64,000 nucleotides of DNA, taken from Picochlorum sp. SENEW3. Lineage: Eukaryota. Both the position numbers and the translations under genes were made by a program. Position 1 is the first letter of the stretch; every line of letters starts with the position of its first letter. Below are positions 26,209-37,268 of this stretch, piece by piece. The notes beneath the pieces are model-generated. The model was not told the DNA's origin. It saw nothing but the letters and a program-made list of their open reading frames with translations, and made no database searches. The stretch is from NCBI GenBank assembly GCA_034226945.1, contig CP120454.1, positions 62,001 to 126,000 of the forward strand, written 5' to 3'.

Positions 26209-27132
26209 CTAGTCCCATATAATGCTTGATTTTAAACCACCAGCAGCAAGTAAAAGCCTCCATAAATCCCTTCTTCTATCAGCATGAGCATCAAGCACAC
26301 GCACCATTTCCCTCACATGCTGTAAATATTTCCAATCATGTTCTACATCTGGATGAGACTCCTCCACCCTCCTCTGCACATGATCACTAATAGCATTCAT
26401 TGGCCCATGAAGCCATGTTTCAGAGTCGAGCTCTGGATGCGAACTGCACAGTACTGCATTGCCGTTTCCAACCTTGACCCGCATCGCTGACACGGCATGA
26501 TTCTTCTCTGGATACGTCGCCAACACATCCACATCAGTCTTGATCGAATGAATTCGTAACACTTGAGAAGTATCGTGATGACACATCCAATATGGCCCGC
26601 CATTCACATAATCACAACACATTCTCCACGAGAGATGACCACCAATATTCCCAACATCATCAATCCCAGTCTTTGGATCTATAAACCTCACAGGAGCCGC
26701 CAAGGCCCCCGACTCCGTCTGATAACAAAACCCCGGGTACACAGACCCGCGCGCAGTCCCCTTGTAAAACCTCAATCTCCTCTCCCCAACCACCTCCAAC
26801 TCTGTTCCCTTTTCAAATTCCACCCGCGCAGATCCAAAGTATGCCCCCGCACACAACCCCAGATAAAATCCACCCTTCTCCTCCACCCATTCTCGTATGA
26901 TCCGAGTCCCAGTCTCCCCCAAATCCCGGCAGTATGGTACATCAGCTCCTCCAGGCATGACTAAAACACAGCACGTCTTCTGCCATTCTCTATGCTCCTC
27001 AATCAGCGTCCTAGCATCTATAGTCGAAACATGATGTACTATAGATGGGTGAAGTGTCGATCGTAATGCGTGTAAAGCAGATTGGGTCGATCTGTTCCCT
27101 GCACCTGGTCCACTATATACCAGCGCATTCAT
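26209..27132 (-). CDS. Stand-alone biotin-protein ligase N-terminal (BPL_N, GATase-like) domain protein
   Basis: MNALVYSGPGA, VMPGGADVPYC, GGFYLGLCAGAYFG, VGERRLRFY, HPE; no ligase catalytic domain follows. Confidence 0.85.
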   Translation of the reverse strand: MNALVYSGPGAGNRSTQSALHALRSTLHPSIVHHVSTIDARTLIEEHREWQKTCCVLVMPGGADVPYCRDLGETGTRIIREWVEEKGGFYLGLCAGAYFGSARVEFEKGTELEVVGERRLRFYKGTARGSVYPGFCYQTESGALAAPVRFIDPKTGIDDVGNIGGHLSWRMCCDYVNGGPYWMCHHDTSQVLRIHSIKTDVDVLATYPEKNHAVSAMRVKVGNGNAVLCSSHPELDSETWLHGPMNAISDHVQRRVEESHPDVEHDWKYLQHVREMVRVLDAHADRRRDLWRLLLAAGGLKSSIIWD

Positions 27133-27346
27133 CCCTGTACCTTGATCTGATACTGATCAAACCATCATTGGATCAGATTTCTGAAAATAGATCTGCCTTG
27201 CTATGTTTGCATGAGAAATGGATCGGGAGACCGTTGACCATGAAGATCTTAAGATCTGAAGCGCTTAAAAAAAACAATTGGCTTATTCAATGAATGGTCC
27301 TGCACCATTCAAAACAGAATTCTATTGACACACATTGATAGTATTC

Positions 27347-28226
27347 ATGGCGACTCTGTCTGATAGAAGACGAGGATTCCTAGTCGACCGAATTCAATCC
27401 ATTGCCTATCGCTGTGTTGCTTTATTCGTTGCATTTGCTTCATGGGTGACACATCAATGGCGGCGTTTCAAGATATATATAGCATCTCATACCACATCGA
27501 GATGGCATCGTCATAGGGAAGCTCGGGGGAGGCGGCCACGGGAGCCTCGGGTGTTGGGTGTCGTGCTGTTTCAAAAGTCGTTTGGGACGCAGGACGATCA
27601 GGCACTGTCGCGGATTCTGGTGTGGTACGTGGTATGATGCGTGAATGGTGTCATGCCTCGGATAGTATCACATGGGCTATGCGTGCAGGGCGAAACAACA
27701 GGGCTTCCGGTTGTGTATTCTGTATTGCCCATATGATGGCATACGCGACAGGATTGGGTCCATTCGAGAGCTCATGAAGTGGGCCGAGCCGTACGAGACG
27801 CCGTCTCGTGTGCTTGTGTGGCAGGGATGGGACGCTCCGGAGGAGTGGGTGGATGGCATGGGTGAGGACGATGCCATGATGATGGGGGTGGCCCTGTTGA
27901 GTGCGCAGCATGCAGAAGTTCCGATATCGGCGCTGTCGTCCGTTCGCGGTCAGCATATGTACAGCCATGATGAGGTTTTAGAGAGGGCCTTGCAGGCGCC
28001 AGAGTCGTTGAAGGAGGCCATTGGGCGAGCTGCTGGGCCAGCAGCACGGATGGATCCAGACATGATTATGATCTTTGGGGGTATTTCCTCGCTGGGTGGA
28101 TTTCCCTCATGGAGTATACGGAACTCTGAGATGTATGATATGGGCCAGCTTGGAGTTGTGACGAGAGGGAAATTGGATGCCGTCCTCAAGAGGTTTACGC
28201 GGACAAAGCAACGGTTTGGACGATGA
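27347..28226 (+). CDS. NUS1: cis-prenyltransferase subunit NUS1/NgBR; intron 27625-27688
   Basis: N-terminal hydrophobic segment, DPDMIMIFG...LGGFPSWSIRNSEM, C-terminal RxG (QRFGR). Confidence 0.85.
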
Positions 28227-28347
28227 TACTGCGATTCGAATATTCTCTTGCTGCAGAATGCTGGCGACGTGAACCATTCATTCCGCTACCGCCGTCGTAT
28301 CCGAATCTATATTATTTTTAAAGTAGATTATTATTTATTGATTTGAA

Positions 28348-29820
28348 ATGAAACAAAGCAGGATGAGCCTGTGTCGCCCGTTGATACTGGTCCTTGTGGT
28401 GTGTCATGCGTCAACTGCCGTTCGGGGTGGTATTCACCTTCCATTTCACCCACGGACGCCTACACCTGCTCTTCCAGAGGATGACGCATTATTAAAGAGG
28501 CACGCGGGTGCTGGTGCGCATACGCCAGAGCAGGTGAGGGTGTCGTATGCTGGCCCTGGGGCTGTGACTATCGCTTGGGTCACCTGGCCTCAGGAGGATA
28601 TGACGGAGAGGTCGACGAGAATGGTTGTGAGGAAGCTGTTCATGGTGGAGGAGCAGAACAAGCACAGGTCCAGGGTGTGTGATGATATCAAGGATATGAG
28701 GTTGAAGCCCACTGTGCAGTGGGGATACACATCTGGATCATTGGTGCATGAAGAGAGGGGTGAGTACACCTGTTATACAACTGTGGCGTATGATTCTGGT
28801 GCGCTGCATCATGCGACGTTGGGGGCACGCGGGGGTCCTTTGAGGCCGGGCTCGGTGGTGTATTATAGGGTGGGTGATCCGGAAAAGGATGTGTGGTCGG
28901 AGGAGTTGCAGTTCAAAATGGCCCCAGAGATTGGTCCAAAGTCTCTTCCATACAGGCTTGGTTTGATCGGAGATTTGGGACAGACAAAGCATTCAGTGGA
29001 GACGTTGGATCATATTAATGCGAACAACCCAGATAGTGTCATGTTTGTGGGGGACATGTCGTATGCGGATGGGTATCATCCTCGGTGGGATACGTGGGGC
29101 CGTATGGTGTCTGAGCACACGTCTCGCTTGGTATGGATGTACACGGAAGGTAATCACGAAATAGAACCAGCGCATAGTAAAGACACGCCTGATTTTTTGG
29201 CATATATGACTCGTTTCAAGATGCCATACAAGCACAGTGGGTCTGAATCTCAGTTGTACTATAGCTATAATGTTGCTGGGGCCCACATTATCATGCTCGG
29301 AAGCTACGCAGAGTACGGTGAAGACAGTGCTCAATATGCGTGGTTGGAAAATGATTTGAGAAAGGTGGATAGGAGAATAACTCCATGGGTTATTGTGGGC
29401 ATGCACGCTCCTTGGTATAATTCAAATCATAACCACTATGGTGAGGGTGAAGAGATGAGAAAGATTATGGAGCCTCTTTTGTATCAATATGGAGTAGACT
29501 TTGTTGTGTCAGGACATGTGCATGCGTATGAGAGGTCTGAGCATGTGTATGACAACAAGCTTGACGAGTGTGGGCCAATGTATTTGAATGTGGGTGATGG
29601 AGGAAATAGAGAGGGGTTGGACTTTGATTACTTCAAGCAACCAGATTGGTCGGCAGTGCGGGAGCCTTCATATGGGCATGGTATACTGGATTTGGTTGAT
29701 GAGACGCATGCCAGGTTTGTCTGGCATAGAAACCAGGATGGGGCACAGGTGGCCGATTCGGCAAGCATCACAAGGAATCCTAATTGCAGATCTGTTGGAA
29801 TGAAAAAGCATAATCAGTAG
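28348..29820 (+). CDS. Secreted purple acid phosphatase
   Basis: Signal peptide; GDLG, GDMSY, GNHE, MHAPWY, GHVH metal-ligand motifs. Confidence 0.95.
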   Translation: MKQSRMSLCRPLILVLVVCHASTAVRGGIHLPFHPRTPTPALPEDDALLKRHAGAGAHTPEQVRVSYAGPGAVTIAWVTWPQEDMTERSTRMVVRKLFMVEEQNKHRSRVCDDIKDMRLKPTVQWGYTSGSLVHEERGEYTCYTTVAYDSGALHHATLGARGGPLRPGSVVYYRVGDPEKDVWSEELQFKMAPEIGPKSLPYRLGLIGDLGQTKHSVETLDHINANNPDSVMFVGDMSYADGYHPRWDTWGRMVSEHTSRLVWMYTEGNHEIEPAHSKDTPDFLAYMTRFKMPYKHSGSESQLYYSYNVAGAHIIMLGSYAEYGEDSAQYAWLENDLRKVDRRITPWVIVGMHAPWYNSNHNHYGEGEEMRKIMEPLLYQYGVDFVVSGHVHAYERSEHVYDNKLDECGPMYLNVGDGGNREGLDFDYFKQPDWSAVREPSYGHGILDLVDETHARFVWHRNQDGAQVADSASITRNPNCRSVGMKKHNQ

Positions 29821-29979
29821 TATTACCAATGGAACTATACTGGTTTTGTTGTTTCTTCTTTTTGCAGCGAGCAGACTCTGAAAACGTACATGTTTTGCCC
29901 ATCTCAGAATCATCACATTAACATTTTGAATTGATTTATTATTCTTGTTTACATTTCTAATTTTATTCGCGTCGATTTG

Positions 29980-31557
29980 TCATCGTGATTTAAATTTCTT
30001 TGAAGAGGATCCTCTCTTTGTAGATGTCGTTTTCCCACCGGATTTCCTGGCATGCTTGTCTGCTTTTCTCTGCAGTGCCTTTTTCCGCAAGGTCTCAGGC
30101 TTTGGCCTCATGTGGGGAGGCAGCACTGCTCTATCCGGAGAGAGACTGTCGAGGGGTAAACCTTTTGATAATGCTTCCTCGACTCTTCTTGCCAACACCT
30201 GGTCGGATTTTCCTACGATGGATGTGATTTTACCCTTTGCCCCAGCTCTACCTGTTCTGCCTGTTCGATGGAGATAATCAACAGGATTCAATGGAAAGTC
30301 GAAATTGACCACATGATCCACTTTTCCAGGAATATCAAGTCCTCTTGCAGCCAAATCAGTCGCCACTAATATTGGAGGCGACGCATCAATATACTCTTGC
30401 GAGAATTTCGCGATTGCTTCTTTCCGCTCTGCAACTGGAACGTCTCCATGATAACACACACTTGGAACTCCCTGTTCACTAAGATAATGTTCAACTGCTC
30501 TACAACTATCCAGTGTATTGCAAAAGACCATGGTGCGCTGTCCTCGGGCGTAGTCTGCGTCTACTAGCTGAATGGCAATGTCCAATTTGCCAACCCCTCC
30601 CTGTGCCGGCAAAAATGTATGCCGAGACCCTGAGACACCTTTATGCAACGTTGTCGTTTCCACAGCACGAATTTTAGGAAACATAGTGGTGACAAGGTGT
30701 TTTACTTGCTTTGTCATGGTTGCGCTGACCAAGACACAGCGAGCCCTCCGTGGCTTGTTCTGCACGGCCTTGAGGATCTTTTCAACCTCTGGGCCAAAAC
30801 CTCTGTCCATCATAGTATCCGCCTCATCCAGCACGACCACTTCAACATCACCATAAAATAAATTTCCCTTCTCTGCATGCTGTACTACTTTACTAGGCGT
30901 CCCAATTAAGACATCCACACCCTTCCCCAGAGCTGCTTTTTGGGTTGCCATCTCCCCTCCACCAGTCAACAGCACAGATCTGCATTTTGCGATACGAGTC
31001 AACTCTCGAGTAACACCATAAATCTGCTCCACCAACTCTCGAGTCGGTCCCAGTATGATTGCTCGAGGCCGTCGTGGCTTCATTGGGATCCCATCCACAG
31101 CCTCAGCTTCCTTGAGTGCATGCAGAATTGGCAGCAAATATGCCAATGTCTTTCCAGATCCAGTATGCGAGGCCACTGAAAAGTCACTCCGTCGATCATG
31201 AAGTAATTTGGGTATCACCAAAGATTGAATTTCTGTTGGCGCATCGAAATCCAGTGCCTCTACAGCGTTGAGGACATCAGCCCCCAAGTCCAAATCCCTA
31301 AATGCCTGCACCTTGACCACGCCCTTCTCCTTGGGTTTCCTAACAACCACACTCCGTGACGATGATGCACCACTATACAGTGTTCTCACACCATTCGACA
31401 TTGGAGAACAGCCACGAAAACGTGAAGCCACATCCATCTGCAGCAGGTTCCCTGGGCACACCGTCCGGGCACAAGCCTGGATGCGCAGGTCACCTCGCGC
31501 TGTCCGTGCAACCAGTCCCTTGACTATGTATTTTGTACTTAAAGATAATCTCATCAT
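29980..31557 (-). CDS. Organellar DEAD-box RNA helicase (RH39/RH50-like)
   Basis: SHTGSGKT, PTREL, LDEAD, SAT, ARGLD, HRTGRTGRAG; transit-peptide-like N-terminus. Confidence 0.9.
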   Translation of the reverse strand: MMRLSLSTKYIVKGLVARTARGDLRIQACARTVCPGNLLQMDVASRFRGCSPMSNGVRTLYSGASSSRSVVVRKPKEKGVVKVQAFRDLDLGADVLNAVEALDFDAPTEIQSLVIPKLLHDRRSDFSVASHTGSGKTLAYLLPILHALKEAEAVDGIPMKPRRPRAIILGPTRELVEQIYGVTRELTRIAKCRSVLLTGGGEMATQKAALGKGVDVLIGTPSKVVQHAEKGNLFYGDVEVVVLDEADTMMDRGFGPEVEKILKAVQNKPRRARCVLVSATMTKQVKHLVTTMFPKIRAVETTTLHKGVSGSRHTFLPAQGGVGKLDIAIQLVDADYARGQRTMVFCNTLDSCRAVEHYLSEQGVPSVCYHGDVPVAERKEAIAKFSQEYIDASPPILVATDLAARGLDIPGKVDHVVNFDFPLNPVDYLHRTGRTGRAGAKGKITSIVGKSDQVLARRVEEALSKGLPLDSLSPDRAVLPPHMRPKPETLRKKALQRKADKHARKSGGKTTSTKRGSSSKKFKSR

Positions 31558-31694
31558 GCCCACTATACTGTCAACACTGACGCAACGAGCACATGCATGG
31601 AGAATCACTTGTACAGCCCTGTAACGCTTTTATTCATGCACATTCTGGGTTATTTAAACACACTTAATGGATACAAATGTATTTAATTGATTTA

Positions 31695-31874
31695 GTACTG
31701 GGCAATCGCCTTTCCATCGCATATTCCCATGGACGGGTACAGCGCCATGGCTGGCCAGCCTGTCATATGCATATGGGAAGCCATGATGATGAACAGAATG
31801 TCCCAGAAATCAATTGATTTGGCATTCCTAAAGACATGTCCTTGAAGCAACCATATGTATATCAAGTGACATGA
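31695..31874 (+). ncRNA. Candidate H/ACA snoRNA, U17/snR30-like
   Basis: 5' hairpin domain 31698-31806, H box AAATCA 31807-31812, 3' hairpin with ATTCCTA (31824-31830) and AACCAT (31849-31854), ACA at 31869-31871. Confidence 0.45.
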
Positions 31875-32368
31875 ATGAAGATGGAGCAAAAAAGTAAAAA
31901 AACAGAAAGCAGAGGGGAAAAACTGGCCAGGTGTCCACTGTACCTGCTGCAAAACATGAAACAAACTCTAACCGTCCATGACTGCGACCAAGACACCCAC
32001 AATCGTAGCAGCCACAAACCCACTGTAGGCAGATGAGGTTTCCTTATATACTAGAACCAGATTCAAAGTCAGACTGAACGTCAAAGTCAAAGTCACCCGA
32101 ATCTACACGAAGTATCCCATCGAGCATATCCTTTGACCGGATACATAGTATTTTGAACAACGTAATGACATTCCTGTAGATTGTCGTGATATCACGACAG
32201 GACAATTGCATTTCGAAATAATGCAATGTATCACAATTGAGAAGAAAAGAATTTGTATCAATTCAATCAGGGAATAGGGCAACAGTGTAGTGAGACAAGT
32301 GCTCCATACCGTCCCGGTAGTTTAAAATATCCTCTTCTGCTTACGCGCGTCTAAAGAATGGGCCGAAG

Positions 32369-35300
32369 ATGTCACAGAATTTTTATAAAAACGCTATAAC
32401 AGAGATTGCAAGCGCAGGGACTTTAGGTGGGTCACAGGTTTGAAATCTGTCCAATTCTACTGACTTGTCCTCAACGTGCTTGTGTTTTCCTTTACAGGAG
32501 TTCCTTTGAGGGATGTCTTTGAGAAGCATATCCCTGAACCTTTAGTCGATTTTGTTTGGAATAGGTTGAAGGCTGCTCGAGGCGATGTGCTATTGTACCG
32601 AGGTGAGGACCTGGTGGGACAGGACGATGCCATGCTGCTCTCGTATCAGTCAGCAACTGAGGGTGGAATACGGGTCAAAGCGTCAAGTGAGCTGTATCAT
32701 GCGTATCTTGGAATATATGGGCAGGATTTGCAGCGTTTCCAGTACAGCGAGCCTCAGATAACGACTCTATTTCTTGTTCAAAAAGCAGGCAAGGCAGGCA
32801 TTCTTCAGAATGAGTTGTGCGCGTCGATTGGACTCAAGCCGAACAATTTTGGATATGTTATGCAAGCTTTGGAGGAGAGAGGAAAGATTTTTAGGAGAAA
32901 GGTGACTGTGAAGAGAAATGATCAAAAGGGAACTGCCTTTACACATTATGTGTATTTAATGCGCTACAAGTCTGATGTGGATACAAATGCTTCGGATGAT
33001 ACGCAGTTTCAGAATGATACTCTGGAATTTCAGAGGATATTGGATGAGCTTGAAAAGTCGGATGTGACGACAGACGCCGGTGAAAAGCTGGCCATTGAAG
33101 GTCGCCTCAAGATGGCGTTGCATTTCACTGGAGAGAAGCAAGGACACAAGCGATGGCGGCGGTTACGAGATAAGATGATAAGCTTGAATTTGATAGAATC
33201 ATTCCAAGGGGTTACCATGGATGGAAAGGAGGAGAATTTCATCAAGAAGATCAAATCGAGTGTAGCCGACGAGTCTCTCCAGGTGAGAGTGCAGCCCTCA
33301 TTTCACATGCCCGTGCGAACATTGGCTCATCAGGTTGTCGAGTTATCAATGGACAGACAGTTTTTGATTGAGATTGCTAAAACGGGAACAGCGGGAGCCA
33401 CATCGTCTGATTTATCAGAAATTCTTGGGTTCAACTTAAAGAGGCATAATATTAGGTTCCAAGATTTTGAGGCCAGATTTAAAGGGGCTGAGAATGCTTC
33501 TATATCCCTCAATGTGAACAAAACTGTTGTAGGAAGAAGTTCTCAATACGTGTACTCGGTCACCAGGGGCGTTGCAGAGAATATTTTGAGTGCCAGCGAG
33601 GCTCTTGTTGGGACAGAATTTTGTCAGCAAGTCTTGGCCAGATTTGAAGGTGGTCAAATGCCTGATGATGCGCATACCTCTGCAGACGAGCAGGATCCAT
33701 CGAAAATTAAATATTTCACGGACGCTGGGCAAGCATTGACCACAGACTTCTCGTATAGGCTGCACTGGCTTGTTGAGATTGTCAAGGAAAAGGGCTTTTT
33801 CCTCAGCATGCAAGCATCAGAGTACTTGTTGCAGAAGGAGAAGGAGAGAAAAGGCACCGAGCGGAAACTGCCGAAAGATATGGATAAAAAGCAAATCATG
33901 AGAATCGCGCACATGGCAGAAAAACACAATCTTCTGCACATTGTAAATGTGCAAGTCCCAAGCAAGTCTGGTGTGACAGGCTCTCAAAATGTCACAGTAT
34001 TTCTGCCACACGGTGTAAAGATGTCGGAGGAACTACTTGAAAAGATTTTGAAAGTGTACCTGGATACGTTCAAATCGAAAGCCCCGAATACTGCAGCTGC
34101 TGCGCCTGCCACCAAACCCGTGGTCAAAGGGACGTTTAAGAAGCAAGTCAGATCACCCCAGGTAGCAAGCTTTGAGATTTATAAGATCCAGCAGGATAAT
34201 GGGTATCATCGGTGTAAGATGCATAGATGCGAAGTACTGTTGGAGTGTATTATTAGGATGGTAGAGACTCGGTCTTGTGATTATTCGCCAGAGAGTTTTG
34301 AGAGTCTGCTGCAAGAACTGCAAACTTCAAACAGTGAGATACGCTGCGTGTTGGAGGTCCCAGAAACCAGGTCTGTAGATGAAAATGGTCAGGTTAAGAT
34401 TCGAAGACAGCAACTTTCAGTGTTCAAACCTACTATGGACAACAAGCGGAAAATATTCACCAGAGAGCAGGTCTGGGACACTTTGACAGTGGATGAATTT
34501 GCAAAGGCTCTTGGTTTTGCAGGCAAGGACAAGGATTTCCTCGATAGGGCACGGTCGAAATATGTCAGGGATCTCTCCAAGAAGGATTTGATAAAGATTG
34601 CCGGCGGCGAAGGACAGATCACGACTGCTGTTGTCCATATGAAAAAGGTCTTGGAAGTGCTCACTCAACTTGGTGTGCTGAAGAGCATCGTTTCCTCTAG
34701 CATGTCAAAAGAGGCCCAAGAATTCTCCAGGTTCAAATCTGATCAAGAGACAGGGTATTATATGCTCAACGATGTAGCAGTGCACGAAACTAGAGATTCA
34801 ACAAGGGAGCCTTTGTCCCCAACCACTGAAGGCAATCTTGGTGGCCGTGCTCTAAAATCGTTCGACCTAACGTGTCCTCGCAACAGGAAAGGGTACTGGA
34901 TAAGTCTTCAGTATTTGTATTATAGCTCAAAGTATGCTATTGATAACAGCAAGTCAAATCTTGGAAGAGCATATTTCCCAATGGATCGCACTGAGAAGAC
35001 TTTTGCAGAAGCAAACAGGGTGGAAAAGAATGTTGACAAGGTCAAATCAGAGGTTGGTGACCCGGGTCGTGCTAACATACCCATTAGCTGGGAACATATG
35101 ATTGAGCTTTCGCATCATCTGGATGTGCCCATCGACGATGTGATTCATGCATTGATAGAAATAACCTTACGAAAGCGAAATCTAATAGAAGGTTTTGACA
35201 AGAGCCGTGAAAAAGGCCCACGAAAACGCCAGGTAAAGCGCCAAAAGGTGAATATTGAAGAGTCATCTAAAGTAGACGTCATCGAAGAAGACGAGGAAGA

Positions 35301-37257
35301 ACTGCTTCTGTTGCAGCCTGAGGCACAAACTCCTCCTACAAGGAAACGCAAATGGCAGGATCATGAGGATAGGCAATTATTGTATGACTGGGTTCGTTGG
35401 TTGGCTGCCCATGGAGTGCATTCAAGAATCAAATGGAATAAAATGTTGGCAAATATTCCTGATGGAATCAAAATAGGGTCGTACAAGAATAGAATAGCAA
35501 AACTGTGCAGTGACGAATGTGTCAAAGAGTACATCATGGAAATCAAATCTGAAGCAAACAATGTTTTTGTGCGCCACAGTTCCTTGAAAGACCCTAGCGA
35601 CTCTAAGAACAAAACTCAGCGTTTTACAGGGCATAACTTATTTGAAGTTAAAGGAGACGAGGATCTGAAATCAATTCAGACCATTCTGGACAAGATTGAG
35701 AGGGTTGTGCAGGAAGCACCAGAAAGGCCAGCAGAAGTACTTGGTGCTGCTTCCTCTCGGGTGGATAGGTTTGTGAAAGCGTACCCTGTCAGTTCAGGTC
35801 CATCCCAGTTCTTTGCTTGGCTTAGAAATTACTGCGTAAAAGCAAAATGGACTGCAAACAGTCGCCAAGTGCCCAGTATCGAAGTGACTTGTGCAATGGC
35901 AGCAGTATTAGCTGCACTCTACGAGATTGAATTCCTGGGAAAAGGAGCTGAAGACGTGAAAAATACTCTTGGATATCGTTTTACATCTGAGGTGCTCAAA
36001 ATCGGATGCAAAAATTTGGTTCAAAATGACCTCATTGTTGCAGAGAGGGATGCTGAAGAAGAAGCATCCAAGGGAACATATTTTGCCCTCTCCCGCCAAT
36101 TCAAGGTTGAAATGAAGCCGCCTTTTTCTCCATTAGCAATTTTGGAGGATAACAAACCACTTTTTACCGCCGAAGGAGGAGCATTATGGCCTTTGCCAAG
36201 TGCCTATAGCCCGCTATCTGTTTCCCCCATGTTGGCACTCAGTGTTATGGGCTATGCCCCTTTTCAAATCACCATCCCAGATGATGTACAGGATGCCCTG
36301 GAATCTTTTAAATCTGAAGAAAATTCCTTTGTGCAGTTAGGTCAACACTGTCTGGAGAGAAACATGGTGTATGCACAAATGCAAGATCCCGCTGGTGCAA
36401 TGAATGTATGTCATGTGGCCCCTGTTCGTGGCCAGCCCGTCTTGTACCAGCCAAGCAATTTGTCAGAGAGCTCCAAAGTCTATCAAAAAGCACGGAAAAG
36501 CTTTCTGAAAGAGTCCAAGAGTGTTTTAGGGGCGAATTTGGGTAATTCCATTTTGGAAACAGTGACCAATGCTGGACCAGATGGCATCACAATGGATGCC
36601 CTCCAATCTGTGCTGGAACTCAATAATCTGAGTGTTGAATCAGCAGTGGTCGGCAACTTGCTTCAGAAATATGGTCTCGCACGTATAATACGAGGATATG
36701 ATGAAACGTATGTTGCATCTGCGATGGCGACTGGTCATTTGGTATCGATCAAAAATTCACACAGGTCGGCTGATGCAATGGAAATCGATGGCAAGCCTTC
36801 AGAGCATCCATTGTCGGAATCTCCTCTCAGACCTTGGATCGATTCCAATGGAACATTGATCGAATCATTGTGGCAATCGTTTGTTATGAGAGTCGTTGAT
36901 GTCGTATGCCGCTTCCCTGGTATACATGGTGAGATGCTGATACAAGCGTTGCGAAGTTTGCCTCCAGCTTTTGCCAAAGAAGTCATTAACAGTCTTTGCG
37001 AGTCGGATGTGCTGTATTTCACCACATCAAAAAGTAATCAAAGAACCCCAGAGTATATGAATAATGGGATTCTATCGGATAATTTCAGGTACTCTCTCAA
37101 GAATGAAATGCCACATCTTGAGGATATCTTCTCCATTTCCTCCAGCAATAGAGATCCCTTTGCAGATGCTAGACAGCAGCCGGCTGATCAGTATTTTTTC
37201 GTGCATCCAGGAAAAGTTCTAGATGCAAAAAATGCAATGCCTTCATATATATGTTAA
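32369..37257 (+). CDS. GTF3C1: TFIIIC subunit 1 (B-block binding, GTF3C1/Tfc3); intron 32427-32497
   Basis: Exon 1 MSQNFYKNAITEIASAGTL|GVPL matches the family N-terminus; winged-helix B-block segment (GILQNELC...NNFGYVMQALEERGKI); RKWQDHEDRQLL; C-terminal VVCRFPGI. Confidence 0.8.
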
Positions 37258-37268
37258 GTATAGTATTA

